A stretch of DNA of 64,000 bases, taken from the NCBI RefSeq assembly GCF_030028105.1, contig NC_092378.1, positions 109,481,731-109,545,730 of the forward strand, in the 5' to 3' direction. The position numbers were made by a program, and so were the translations under genes. Shown here in pieces: positions 52,100 through 63,530 of this stretch (positions are counted from its first letter, which is position 1; each line of letters starts with the position of its first letter). Origin of the DNA: Mobula birostris (taxonomy: Eukaryota). The notes beneath the pieces are model-generated. The model was not told the origin of the DNA, did no database searches, and saw only the letters and a list, made by a program, of their open reading frames with translations.

Positions 52100-52662
52100 T
52101 ACATTGAGTGATTTCCTATACCCAATAAAGTGGCTACTGAGTGTATGTTCATGGTCTCCTGCTGCTGTATCCCATCCACTTCAAAGCTTGATGTGTTGTG
52201 CATTCAAAGATGCTCTTCTGCAGACCACTGTTGTAATGTGTGTGATTATCTTGAGTTACTGTCACCTTCTTGTCAACTTAACTCAGTCTGGCCATTCTCC
52301 TCTGACCTCTCTGATTAACAAGGCACTTTTACCCACAGTACCATCACTCACTGGATTTTTTTTCTATTTTTGTTTATCACACTATTCTGTATAAACTCTA
52401 GAAGATGTTGTGTGTGAAAATCTCAGGATATCAGCAGTTTCTGAGATACTCAAACCACTCTGTCTGGCACGAACAATCATTCCATGGTCAATGTCACTTA
52501 GATCACATTTCTTCTCCATTCTGATGTTCAGTCTGAACAACAGCTGAACCTCTTGACAATGCTTGAATGATTTTATGCATTGACTTATCGTAACATGATT
52601 GGCTGAATAGATATTTGTATTAACGGGCAGTTGTACAGGTGTACCTAATAAAGCTGCCACTA
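52100..52662 (-). mobile_element. Tc1-like non-autonomous element
   Basis: Transposase N-terminus MEKKCDLSDIDHGMIV.AR..GLSISETA; repeated CCTAATAAAGTGGCCAC-like terminal motif. Confidence 0.75.
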
Positions 52663-53371
52663 ATAATAATCCTGATTCTTATTAGATTATGAAGACACGT
52701 AGTCCTCTTTATTGTCATTTAGTAATGCATGCATTAAGAAATGATACAATATTCTGATGTAGGATTCTACTCGCTATCAGTTAAGGCATGGAATACAAAA
52801 GCAGGAGAATCATACTATACCCGTGGAGATCAGTTTGAGGCACAGCTGGTGAACTGTGTGTAATCCGATCACCATCCTACAGGAACATGTAATTGTACTG
52901 TTGAACTGTGCAGAGATTTACCAGGGGTTAGAAGATTAGTTATGAAAAAACCGGAACGAAGGATAATTCAGGTGTATGAAACGAAGACAGGGTGAATGAA
53001 AACTATTTCCTTTCACCAAATAAAGGATATGGATTTCAGCTACTGTATTTCAAAGAATTAGAGAGAGAAATGGATTTTTACCCAAAGAGTAATGGAGTTA
53101 CTGTTACAATTTAACTGCTTTGAAGAATGATGCTTCAAAGGGCGATGAAGAGTTAGGCAGCAGGCATTCAGGCTTCCTTCAAGTTAGTGAACTAGAACAC
53201 GTTCAACAATTTGTCAGCAGACCTAAATGAATATGCCACAGTCATCACTGATTCCATAAAGACATGCATTGATGGAAGTGTTCCCACAAACATATTCTGA
53301 CTCTTCCCCAACCAAAAGCCATGAATGATCCAGGAGATTCATAATCTACTCTGGGCTAGATCTGTGGTGTT

Positions 53372-56300
53372 AGAACATAGAACATAGAAAGCCTATGACA
53401 CAATACAGGCACTTCAGCCCAGAAAGTTGTGCCGAACACGTCCCTACCCTAGAAATTACTGGGGTTACCCATAGCTCTCTCTTTTTCTAAGCTCCATGTA
53501 CCTATCCAAAAGTCTCTTAAAAGACCCTACCATATCTGCCTCCACCACCATTGCCGGCAGCCCATTCCGAGCACTCACCACTCTGTGTAAAAAACTTACC
53601 CCTGACATCTCCTCTGTACCTACTCCGAAGCACATTAAACCTGTGCCCTCTTGTGGCAGCCATTTCAGCCCAGGGAAAAAGCCTCTGATTATCCACACGA
53701 TTAATGCCTCTCATCATCTTATACACCTCTATCAGGTCACCTCTCATCTTCCCTCACTCTAAGGAGAAAAGGCCGAGTTCACTCAACCTGTTTTCATAAG
53801 TCATGCTCCCCAATCCAGGCAACATCCTTGTAAACCTCCTCTGCACCCTTTCTATGGTTTCCACATCCTTCCTGTAGTGAAGTGACCAGTACTGAGCACA
53901 GTCACAGTGGGGTCTGACCAGGGTCGTATATAGCAGCAATATTACCACTCGGCTCCTAAATTCAATCCCATGATTGATGAAGGCCAGTGCACTGTATGCC
54001 TTTTTAACCACAGAGTCAACCTGCACAGCTGCTTTGAGTGTCCCATGGACTCAGACCCCAAGATCCCTCTGATCCTCCACACTACCAAGAGTCTTACCAT
54101 TAATACTATATTCTGTCATCATATTTGACCTAACAAAATGAACCACTTCACACTTACCTGGGTTGAACTCCATCTGCCACTTCTCAGCTCACTTTTGCAT
54201 CCTATCAATGTCCCGCTGTAACCTCTGACAACCCTCCACACTATCCACAACACCCCTAACCTTTGTGTCATCAGCAAACTTACTAACCCATCCCTCCACT
54301 TCCTCATCCAGGTCATTTATAAAAATCACGAAGAGTAACAGTCCCAGAACAGATCCCTGAGGCACACCACTGGTCACTGACCTCCATGCAGAATATGACC
54401 GTCTACAACCACTCTTTGCCTTTTGTGGGCAAGCCAGTTCTGGATCCACAAAGCAATGTCCCCTTGGATCCCATGCCTCCTTACTTTCTCAATGAGCCTT
54501 GCATGGGGTACCTTATCAAATGCCTGACTGAAATCCATATACACATCTATTGCTCTTCCTTCATCAATGTGTTTAGTCACATCCTCAAAAAATTCAATCA
54601 GGCTCATAAGGCACAATCTGCCCTTGACAAAGCCATGCTGACTGTTCCTAATCATATTATACTTCTCCAAATGTTCATAAATCCTGCCTCTTAGGATCTT
54701 CTCCATCAACTTACCAAACACTGAAGTAAGACTTGCTGGTCTATAATTTCCTGGGCTATCCCTACTCCCTTTCTTGAATAAGGGAACAACATCTGAAACC
54801 CTCCAATCCTCCAGAACCTCTCCCATTCCCATTGATGATGCAAAGATCACCAGAGGCTCAGAAATCTCCTCCCTCACCTCCCATAGTAACCTGGGGTACA
54901 TCTCATCCGGTCCCGGCAACTTATCCAACTTGATGCTTTCCAAAAGCTCCAGCACATCCTCTTTGTTAATATCTACATGCTCAAGCTTTTCAGTCCGCTG
55001 CAGGTCATCCCTACAATCACCAAGATCCTTTTCCATAGTGAATACTGAAGTATTCATTAAGTACCTCTGCTATTTCCTCCAGTTCCATACACACTTCCCA
55101 CTGTCACACTTGATAGGTCCTATTCTTTCATGTCTTATCCTCTTGCTCTTCATATTCTTGTAGAACGCCTTGGGGTTTTCCTTAATCCTGCCCGCCAAGG
55201 CCTTCTCATGGCCCCTTCTGGCTCTCCTAATTTCCTTTTTAAGTTCCTTCCTGTTACCCTTATAATCATCTAGATCTCTAACATTACCTAACTCTCTGAA
55301 TCTTTCCTAAACTTTTCTTTTCTTCTTGAATAGATTTACTAGGGGTGATTGATAAGTTCATGGCCCAAGGTAGGAGGAGTCAATTTTAGAAAACCTAGCA
55401 CATTTATTTTTCAACATAGTCCCCTCCTACATTTACACACTTAGTCCAGCGGTCGTGGAGCACATGGATCTTGGACCTGCAGAAAATGCCCACAGCAAGG
55501 GTGATTGATAAGTTTGTGGCCTAAGGTAGAAGGAGATGAGTTATTAACTTCAAACTTTCTGCATAATCACTCAAAGAGTTAAACTGTATATGCACGTAAC
55601 AAGAGCTGTATAACTCATCTCCTTCTACCTTAGGCCACGAACTTATCAATCACACCCGTACTACAGCCTTTGTGCACCATGGTTCCTGTACCCTCCCACA
55701 ACTTCCCTGTCTAATTGGAATGTATCTATGCAGAACTCCACACAAATATCCCCTGAACATTTGCCACATTTTTTTAATACCTTTCCCTGAAAACATCTGT
55801 TCCCAGTTTAAGCTTCCAAGGTCCTGCCTGATAGCCTCATAATTTCCCTCACTCCAATCAAACACTTTTCTAACTTGACTGTTCCTATCTCTCTCCAATG
55901 TTATTGTAAAGGAGATAGAATTATGATCACTATTTCCAAAATGCTCTCCCACTGAGAGATCTGACACCTGACCAGGTTCATTTCCCAATACCAAATTAAG
56001 TACGGTCTCTCCTCTTGTAAGCTAATCTACATATTGTGTCAAGAAACCTTCCTGAACACACCTAACAAATTCCACCCCATCTAAACCCATTGCTCTAGGG
56101 AGGTGCCAATCCATATTTGGGAAATTAAAATCTCCCATCATGACAACTCTGTTATTATTACACCTTTCCAGGATCTGTTTCCCTACCTGCTCCTTAATAT
56201 CCCTGTTACTATTAGGCGGCCTATAAAAAACACCCAGTAGAATTATTGACCCCTTCCTGTTCCACCCACAGACACTCCATAGACAATCCCTCCATGCCAT

Positions 56301-56900
56301 CCACCTTTTCTGCAGCCCTGACACTATCTCTGATCAACAGTGCCACACCCCACCTCTTTAGCCTCCCTCCCTCTCCTTTCTGAAACATCTAAAACCCAGC
56401 ACTTGAAGTAACCATTCCTGTCGTCTCTGTAATGGCCACATCATAGATCCAAGTACAGATCCACGCTCTAAGTTTATCCGCTTTGTTCACAATACTCCTT
56501 GTATTAAAATAGACACATCTCAAACCATCAGTCTGAGTGCATCCCTTCTCTATCACCTGCCTGTCCTCCCTCACACACTGTCTCCAAGCTTTCTCTATTT
56601 GTGAGCCAATTGCCTCTTCACCAGTCTCTTCAGTTTGGTTCCCACCCCTCAACATTCTAGTTTAAACTCTCCCCAGTAGCCTTAGCAAACCTCCCCACCA
56701 GGATATTGGTCCCCCTGGGATTCAAGTGCAACCTGTCCTTTTTGTACAGATCACACCTGCCCCAAAAGAGGTCCCAATGATCCAGAAATCTGAATCCCTG
56801 CCCCCTGCTCCAATCCCTCAGCCACATATTTATCCTCCACCTCATTCTATTCCTACTCACTGTCACATGGCACAGGTAGAGGTTACTACCTTTGCGGTCC
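53372..56900 (-). mobile_element. CR1 LINE (ORF1 remnant, AP endonuclease, RT, microsatellite 3' tail)
   Basis: GDFNFP endonuclease motif, [45 protein letters not shown] motifs, (AGAACAT)n tail at 53372. Confidence 0.92.
55339..55658. mobile_element. Mariner-type MITE nested in CR1
   Basis: Long TIR GGGGTGATTGATAAGTTCRTGGCCYAAGGTAG; TA flanks at 55337-55338 and 55659-55660; third internal TIR copy at about 55498. Confidence 0.8.
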
Positions 56901-57149
56901 TGTTTTCGGCTGATGACCCAAAGTTATACAAGAAGTCCAAGCACTATCTCCAATGATCATTGTAAATGCATTACAAACTAAACTGGAATCACAATATAAC
57001 TTCCTACACAGGGAGATTGGGCAGTATAAGTGGCAACAACCCATCACTTCCATGGATTTTATGTATGTTTTGTTAGGGAGAACTATGATACACCTACACA
57101 ATTCTCCACGTATCTGGATGTCCCAGTAATTTTAGTCTCTGAGGCCAAT

Positions 57150-58860
57150 ATCCAGGTGTCAGAGGGTGATTCTGCTCTGAACCATTTAGACAACAGGAAT
57201 TTGTACAGCACGCTGATGTTCATCAATGCAGCTTTCTGTTCGACACAATCATCCCATTCAAACTTATCATCAAGCTTCAAGACCCCGGCCTTTGTACCTC
57301 CCTCTGCAACTGGCTGCTCAGCTCCCTCATTGGCAGGACCTCAATCAGTGAGAATTGGTAACATCCCCTCTTTGCTGACCATCAGCATACAGGCAGCTCA
57401 AGACTGCACGCTTTCCTATACATACACGACTGTATGACGAAGAACAGATCCAATGTCATCTTTGAACTTGACGACACTTCTGTTGTTGGATGAATCACAG
57501 GTGGTAATGATTTGACTTACTTGGTTGAGCTCTGTTATAGACAAACTCTCACTCAATGGCAGCAAAACTAAAGGGCTGATTGTTGTCTTCAGGAAGGGGG
57601 AGGGTGAAATTACAATGGAGAGAAGCAACAGCTTTAAATTCCTGCGTGTTAATATATTGGACGATTTTTCCTGGGCCATCGCATAGATATAATCACAAGC
57701 CATGTTGATGCTATGGCCATAAAAAGTTCATCAATGCCTCTAGTTCCTCGGGGGGGGGGGGGGTAAAGTAGTTCGGCATGTTCCCATCAACCCTAATCAT
57801 TTTTATTGATGCACTAGAGAAAAGATTCTGTTTGGTCTTGGTATAGCCTCTGTTCTGCACTTGACCGCAAAAAAAACCCCCTGCAGAGTTGAGTTGTTAA
57901 CACAGCTCAGCACATCATGGGAACCAGCCTCCCCTCTATGGACCATCTACACTTCTCTCTGCCTCAGTAAATCAGCCAACATAATCAAAGGTCCCACCCA
58001 CCCCTGACATTATCTCTACTCCCCTCTCCCACTGGGCAGAAGATACAGAAACCTAAAAGCACACACCAGCAGGCTCAAGGACAGCTTCTATCCTAATATT
58101 ATTGGACTCTTGAGCAGACCTCTTGTATAAGATGGACTCCTGGCTTCATAATCTACCTTATTATGATCTTACACTATCATTTACTCACAGTGCATTTTTG
58201 GGTCGCTTTTACTTTATTCTGCATTGGCACTGTTTTACCTTATTGTAACTCAATGCACTGTGCTATGATCTGTATAAACAACATGCTACACAAGCTTTTC
58301 ACTGTATCATGAAACTAATTAACTAATACTAAAATAAGAAAAGTATGGCAACATCTTTACCCTAGTAGGTGATTAATGAACTGTTAACAAACTCTTACAA
58401 CGTACTGTTGGAAATATCTTGATTAGTTGCATCATGATCCAGAATGGCAATGGAAAAATCTAGGAACACAAGAAGCTGCAGTGAGTGGTGAACTATGTTC
58501 AATACATCACAGGGACACCCTCCCCACCACTGATAGTATCTACAGGTGCTGCCTCAAGAAGGCAACATCTAAAATCAAAGATACCCATCTTTTTGCAGCT
58601 ACCATCAGAGGCCTGAAGTGCTACACCTCCAGGTTCAGGAACAGCCACTGCCCTTTAACCATTCAGTTCTTGAACCAATCAGCAAGATCTTTATCACTAT
58701 AGTTTAGCAATACTAAAATGGATTTTTTAAATGTTTTATGTGAAGGAAGTTTATAATTTACATTAGTTTATCCTCATGAATGCTGCTTAGAAGATGTATA
58801 CCTGTGATGCTGCCATTAGTTTGTCACTGCACTCGTGCATATGACAAGAAACTCAACTTT
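57150..58860 (+). mobile_element. Rex1/Babar-type LINE remnants (two or more)
   Basis: ALNHLD..LMFI and FRNS C-terminal motifs. Confidence 0.6.
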
Positions 58861-59374
58861 GAAGGTTGAAACATGCACATTTAAACTCCTTGGAAGAACT
58901 TGAGCCATAATCTTCAAGGCTATAGCTAATGAATTTGAGTAGTTTACTTTTTGGCTGGCACCTGGGCTACACATTTCTTCGATTCTGACTCTAAATTCAT
59001 TTTGATTCAGGACCCAGTGATCATCACAAAGAAAGTATGCAATACAACATCAGAAGTTTGACTTTTTCCATTTATAATTCTTAACAAGATATCAGGATCC
59101 TTCAAAGAAATTTAAATCACTCAATAAAGTGAGGAAAACTGCATGAAAGACAGTTAAATACGTGTTGAAGTATCAGGAAAAAAACTGTCAACTACTACAT
59201 ACAGTTGAAGATTAAAATGGCCTAACTACCATTGAACTACAACTTAAATGAATTTCGATAAACATTATCAGATATATTAATTATTGCTGAAAGTTCGGTT
59301 TTCTGTAGAAGCATTTCGATACAACTAAAAATGCATTCTTACAAAACTTAGTCAGCAGCTGCCATACAGCAGTT

Positions 59375-59502
59375 TTAATCTCTCCACCGATGTCCACATC
59401 CTGGTTTACAGCACTTGTAAAATGTGGTCATAGGTTCATCAGCAGATCGGGTTTGTATTTGCATGAAATATGCCCGAGGATGTTCACATTTGGGACATGG
59501 CT
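59375..59502 (-). CDS. POLR3K: POLR3K exon 3 (TFIIS-like zinc ribbon)
   Basis: TTTTGCAG| acceptor; EPCPKCEHPRAYFMQIQTRSADEPMTTFYKCCKPGCGHRWRD*; intact RSADE acidic hairpin; total 108 aa. Confidence 0.97.
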
Positions 59503-59964
59503 CTGCAAAAAATGGAGAGAAAATTAATCTTCTTAAAGAAATAAAGTCTATGTTTAGCAGTTGAAGCTCATCTACTTCTCTGTGAATAATGATAGCCTTA
59601 ATTGGTATAGCTTAGTTATTTTTACCTGTCTGCACTTACTTTATCAACATGATTCTATCAATGTAATTGCAAAACAAATTATCCTTCACCTACTGACCAG
59701 TAAATTAAAAGGATTAGAGGGAGGAATGGGATAATGCAAATCTCTAACATGAAAATGCTAGAGAAAAAATTGGAAAGCGTACTCACATTTTTCTGTTTAT
59801 ACAAGTAGAAAATCTCAAGCACAAAACAGAGAGAAATTCCCCACCCTTTTCCTTCATTGCAATAAAGGAAAAAAAACATGATTTAACACTTCACATGTTC
59901 ATGTGTTTCAACAAATAATAATAACTCTTTTATTGACTACAGTGGAGCAGTGGCTATGTGCCCA

Positions 59965-60240
59965 CCACAATAGCACCACAGTTAGTGTGGCACTATTACA
60001 GCTCAGGATTTTCCGGAGCTTGGAGTTCAATCCCCGTGCCCTCTTTTATGTCCTCCCCACGGAGGTTTCGTCCGGGTGCTCAGGTTTTCTCCCACAGTCC
60101 AAAGACGTACCAGTTAGTTGGTTAATTGGTCATAGTATATTATCCCATGATTAGTCTAGAGTTAAATTTGGGGTTGCTGGCAGCAAGGCTTGGAAGACCA
60201 GAAGGGCCTATTCCTCACTGCATGTCTGAGTAAATAAAGA
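59965..60240 (+). mobile_element. tRNA-derived SINE in POLR3K intron 2
   Basis: GAGTTCAATCCC B-box and TCCGGGTGCTC.GGTTTTCTCCCACAGTCCAAAGAC core. Confidence 0.7.
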
Positions 60241-60806
60241 AAGCTCAGGAACAAAGCTGGGTTAACAGTTTTTTTCCCCCCAGTGGTATAAATTGAGAAA
60301 TAAATATTATCGAGACACTAAATGAATTTTCATGCTCTTGAGCTATGATATTTTACATCCTACCTGAGACTTAACATAACATCTGGAAAGTGGCTATAAC
60401 CACTAAGTATTGAACCTATATTATTCGAGATGATATTTATTATTGAAATGAAACTTGAACAAATAGAATTCAACTTTACGTTATCAAATTTCTGGAATGA
60501 AAAGCTTGAAAAGAAATAGATCTCCAACATAGATTGATTAAACTTTCCATTTTGGAAGTTAAAAAATCTACAAGCCCATTAACTGAATATACAAGCAATC
60601 AAATTTAAGTCAACACAATTAAATTTTGTTGAATAAATTGATTTAGAAATATTCAAATAAAAATGGTAAAACATCATCTAGCTGCAATTTATGTAGCAGC
60701 ATCCCTTCTGAATTGCTATTAAAACTCAGGATATCCACAACCACTTCATTGTATAATGTTATTGTAGTTCTTCATTTCAAATATGACTTGTGTTAGCACG
60801 TCATAC

Positions 60807-60894
60807 CTGCTGTAGAGTCAACGTTTTCCCACGCTGCAGCACCACCTAATACATCATCAACTTCTTTCAGCTTGGGATATTTTCTGTTGGTTAC
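60807..60894 (-). CDS. POLR3K: POLR3K exon 2
   Basis: TTGAAG| acceptor, VTNRKYPKLKEVDDVLGGAAAWENVDSTA, CAG|GTATGA donor; 88 nt. Confidence 0.97.
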
Positions 60895-61117
60895 CTTCAA
60901 AACATACGAGAAATATAACAAACATCATACAGCATGTAAGCATAGTCTAAATTTGAAGAAGTGAAGGACGAATAAAGCCTCAATCACAAATCAACACTTC
61001 TAATGCAGCATTTTCCCCAAAAAAACTCAATGCTACATATTAAACCCAATAATGGAACTTGGACTAAAGTTTTAACCAATCTGAAATTCACCAATCTCCT
61101 TATTTCCTCTCACCTCC

Positions 61118-61678
61118 CTATACCCGTCTCTATTTCCTGAGGAGACTGAGGTCCTTTAACATCTGCCAGACGATGCTGAGGATGTTCTACGAGTCTGTGG
61201 TGGCCAGTGCTATCATGTTTGCTGTTGTGTGCTGGAGCAGCAGGCTGAGGGTAGCAGACACCAACAGAATTAACAAACTCATTTGTAAGGCCAGTGATGT
61301 TGTGGGGATGGAACTGGGCTCTCTCATGGTGGTGTCTGAAAAGAGGATGCTGTCCAAGTTGCATGCCATCTTGGACAATGTCTCCCATCCACTACATAAT
61401 GTACTGGTTGGGCACAGGAGTACATTCAGCCAGATACTCATTCCACCGAGATGCAACACAGAGCATCATAGGAAGTCATTCCTGCCTGTGGCCATCAAAC
61501 TTTACAACTCCTCCCTTGGAGGGTCAGACACCCTGAGCCAATAGGCTGGTCCTGGACTTATTTCCTGGCATAATTTACATATTACTATTTAACTATTTAT
61601 GGTTTTATTACTATTAATTATTTATGGTGCAACTAACAAATACCAATTTCTCCCGGGATCAATAAAGTATGACTATGA
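61118..61678 (+). mobile_element. Rex1-type LINE 3' end in POLR3K intron 1
   Basis: LRMFYESVVASAIMFAVVCW...HPLH...RKSFLPVAIKLYN; ends with AATAAAG and a TATGAC repeat. Confidence 0.8.
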
Positions 61679-61679
61679 C

Positions 61680-62220
61680 CCACTCCTCTTATTTCGCCTG
61701 TCCCTTTCTAGTTCATACTGCACTCCATTCTCCCTCCCCAGTACTCCCCCCTCATTCTATTCTCTCCATCTCTTTCCAGCAACACCACCTTTCTCCCCTC
61801 CTCAAATACTCCCCCTCACCCCACAGGATCACTTCCCTGAACAGCCCACTCCCCTCCCTCTGCCTTCACTTCACACCCTACATCTTCCGCCCAGATACTC
61901 CCTCCACTTTCATTCTTCTTCCCACCCCTTCCCCCTCCTCCCACACTCTTTACTTTTCCCTCTCCTTCCATGAACTCCCTCTCCTGCCTCCTCCCCTCCC
62001 TCCCTCTTCCCCTTTCCCTCCCACTCCTTTATCCCTGTTCCCCTCCCTCTCCTACCTCCTCCCCTCTTCCCACCTTCCCTTCCCCTACCTTTTCTCTCCC
62101 CTCCCCCAACAATTGCCCCATCGGTCTCATGGTCAGTTCTTTTCCCCCCACCCTTCCCGTACCAACTCTTCCTACATCCCCAATTCCTCTTATTCTTAAC
62201 TACCCCAAAACCCTTCCCTG
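61680..62220. repeat. Pyrimidine-rich low-complexity tract
   Basis: Almost exclusively C/T-rich on the plus strand. Confidence 0.85.
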
Positions 62221-62226
62221 CCTTAC

Positions 62227-62337
62227 TTTGCGAGTAATGTTGTGGACATAAGGACAAGTGTTACAGGCGAACCGGTAACACTTCTGTCCCTCTTCTACGA
62301 TCAGGACATTCCCGCACGTCGGACAAAAAAGCAACAT
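62227..62337 (-). CDS. POLR3K: POLR3K (RNA polymerase III subunit RPC10/C11) exon 1
   Basis: MLLFCPTCGNVLIVEEGQKCYRFACNTCPYVHNITRK, N-terminal zinc ribbon; donor AAA|GTAAGG; 111 nt. Confidence 0.97.
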
Positions 62338-62530
62338 TGTCCCGGTGCGCCTCCAAAGTGCATCCTCCGGCGAACCCCGTGTCCGGGTATTAGTTCCGTC
62401 CCATGCTGGCTCACGGCCTGGATTCTCGTCGAACAGATCCGCCGGAGAGGCCTAAAGGTTACACTCGTACCTGGTGCAATGGTGGATATGATTTTAGTCC
62501 ACTGTCACTACTGAGTTTGGAGGTGTGTAG
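62338..62530. promoter_or_regulatory. POLR3K CpG promoter, possibly bidirectional
   Basis: CpG-rich segment upstream of the POLR3K ATG; purine/pyrimidine skew reverses across it. Confidence 0.55.
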
Positions 62531-62774
62531 TTTGTCCTTTGCAAATGGTGAATGACGGGAGGTCAGATGAAGTGGACGGAAGGACTGACGGGGTTAAGAA
62601 TATAGGCAAAAAAATTCTGGGAGCGGTTGGGGATGGAGAAGGGGAAAAGTAAGGGCTGGGCTGTGAGGGGAGGGTAAAGGTCGTATGGGGTGAGAAGGAG
62701 AGCCGGGCATAGAAGAACAAAGGTGGAGGAGATTTGGGGTGGGCAGAAGAAAACTGAGGATTGGATAGAGGACA

Positions 62775-63530
62775 AACAAGAGAAAGTCTGCAGATGCTGG
62801 CAACAATCCAAGCAACACACACAAAATGCTGGAGGAACTCAGCAGGCCAGGCAACATCTAATGAAAAGAGTAAACAGTCGACGTTTCGGGCTGAGACCCT
62901 TCATCAGGACTGGGGGAAAAAAAAGATGAGAATTTAGAGCAAGAAGGTGGAGGGAGGGGAGGAAGAAGTACAAGGTGATAGGTGAAACCGGGGGAGGGTG
63001 AAGTAAAGAGCTGGGAAGCTGATAGGTGAAAGAGATAAAGAGCTGGAGAAGGGGGATTCTGATAGGAAAGGGTAGGTGACCATGGAAGAAAGGGAGGACG
63101 TTGTTGGAGGAAGAATAGATGGAATCATGGGAGTTTGGGATTAGCTGGGCGAATGTGGATTAGAAATTGTTGCGTGACTAATGATGGAGGTGAATGCAGG
63201 AAGGCTAGGAAGTGCAGAGTGAGCGGAATGGATGGATGGAATGTGAGGTAGTCTATGTTTAGTCTCACCAATGTGGAGTAGGCTGTGCTGGATACAGTAG
63301 GTGACCCCGAAAAGAGTCACAGGTGAAGTTTTGCCTCACCTGGATGGACTTTTTGGGGCCCTGAATGATGGTAAGGGAGGAGGTAAAGGAACAGGTGTAG
63401 CACTTGTCCCACTTGTAGGGATAGGTGCCTGGAGGGAAATCAGTGAGGAGGGACACATAGACAAAGGAGTCATGGGGAGAGCAATCCATGCAGAAAGTGG
63501 AGAGTATTGGGTGGGGTGGGGGGATATGTG
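62775..63530 (-). mobile_element. Penelope-like fragments with intact hammerhead motif
   Basis: Pseudo-LTR at 62775-63100 and PPGTYP..KCYTC..QGPKKS segment at 63265-63530. Confidence 0.75.
62875..62912 (-). ncRNA. Minimal type-I hammerhead ribozyme motif (core intact)
   Basis: Minus strand CAGTC-CTGATGA-AGGGTCTCAGCCC-GAAAC-GTC-GACTG. Confidence 0.8.

Noticed and set aside
61599-62257. Proline/serine-rich and glycine-rich ORFs
   Set aside because: By-products of the C/T low-complexity intron tract; same for 63554-63970.
59375-62337. HMOX2 expected 3' of CDIP1 from human synteny
   Set aside because: The exons translate unambiguously to POLR3K; no heme oxygenase sequence seen.
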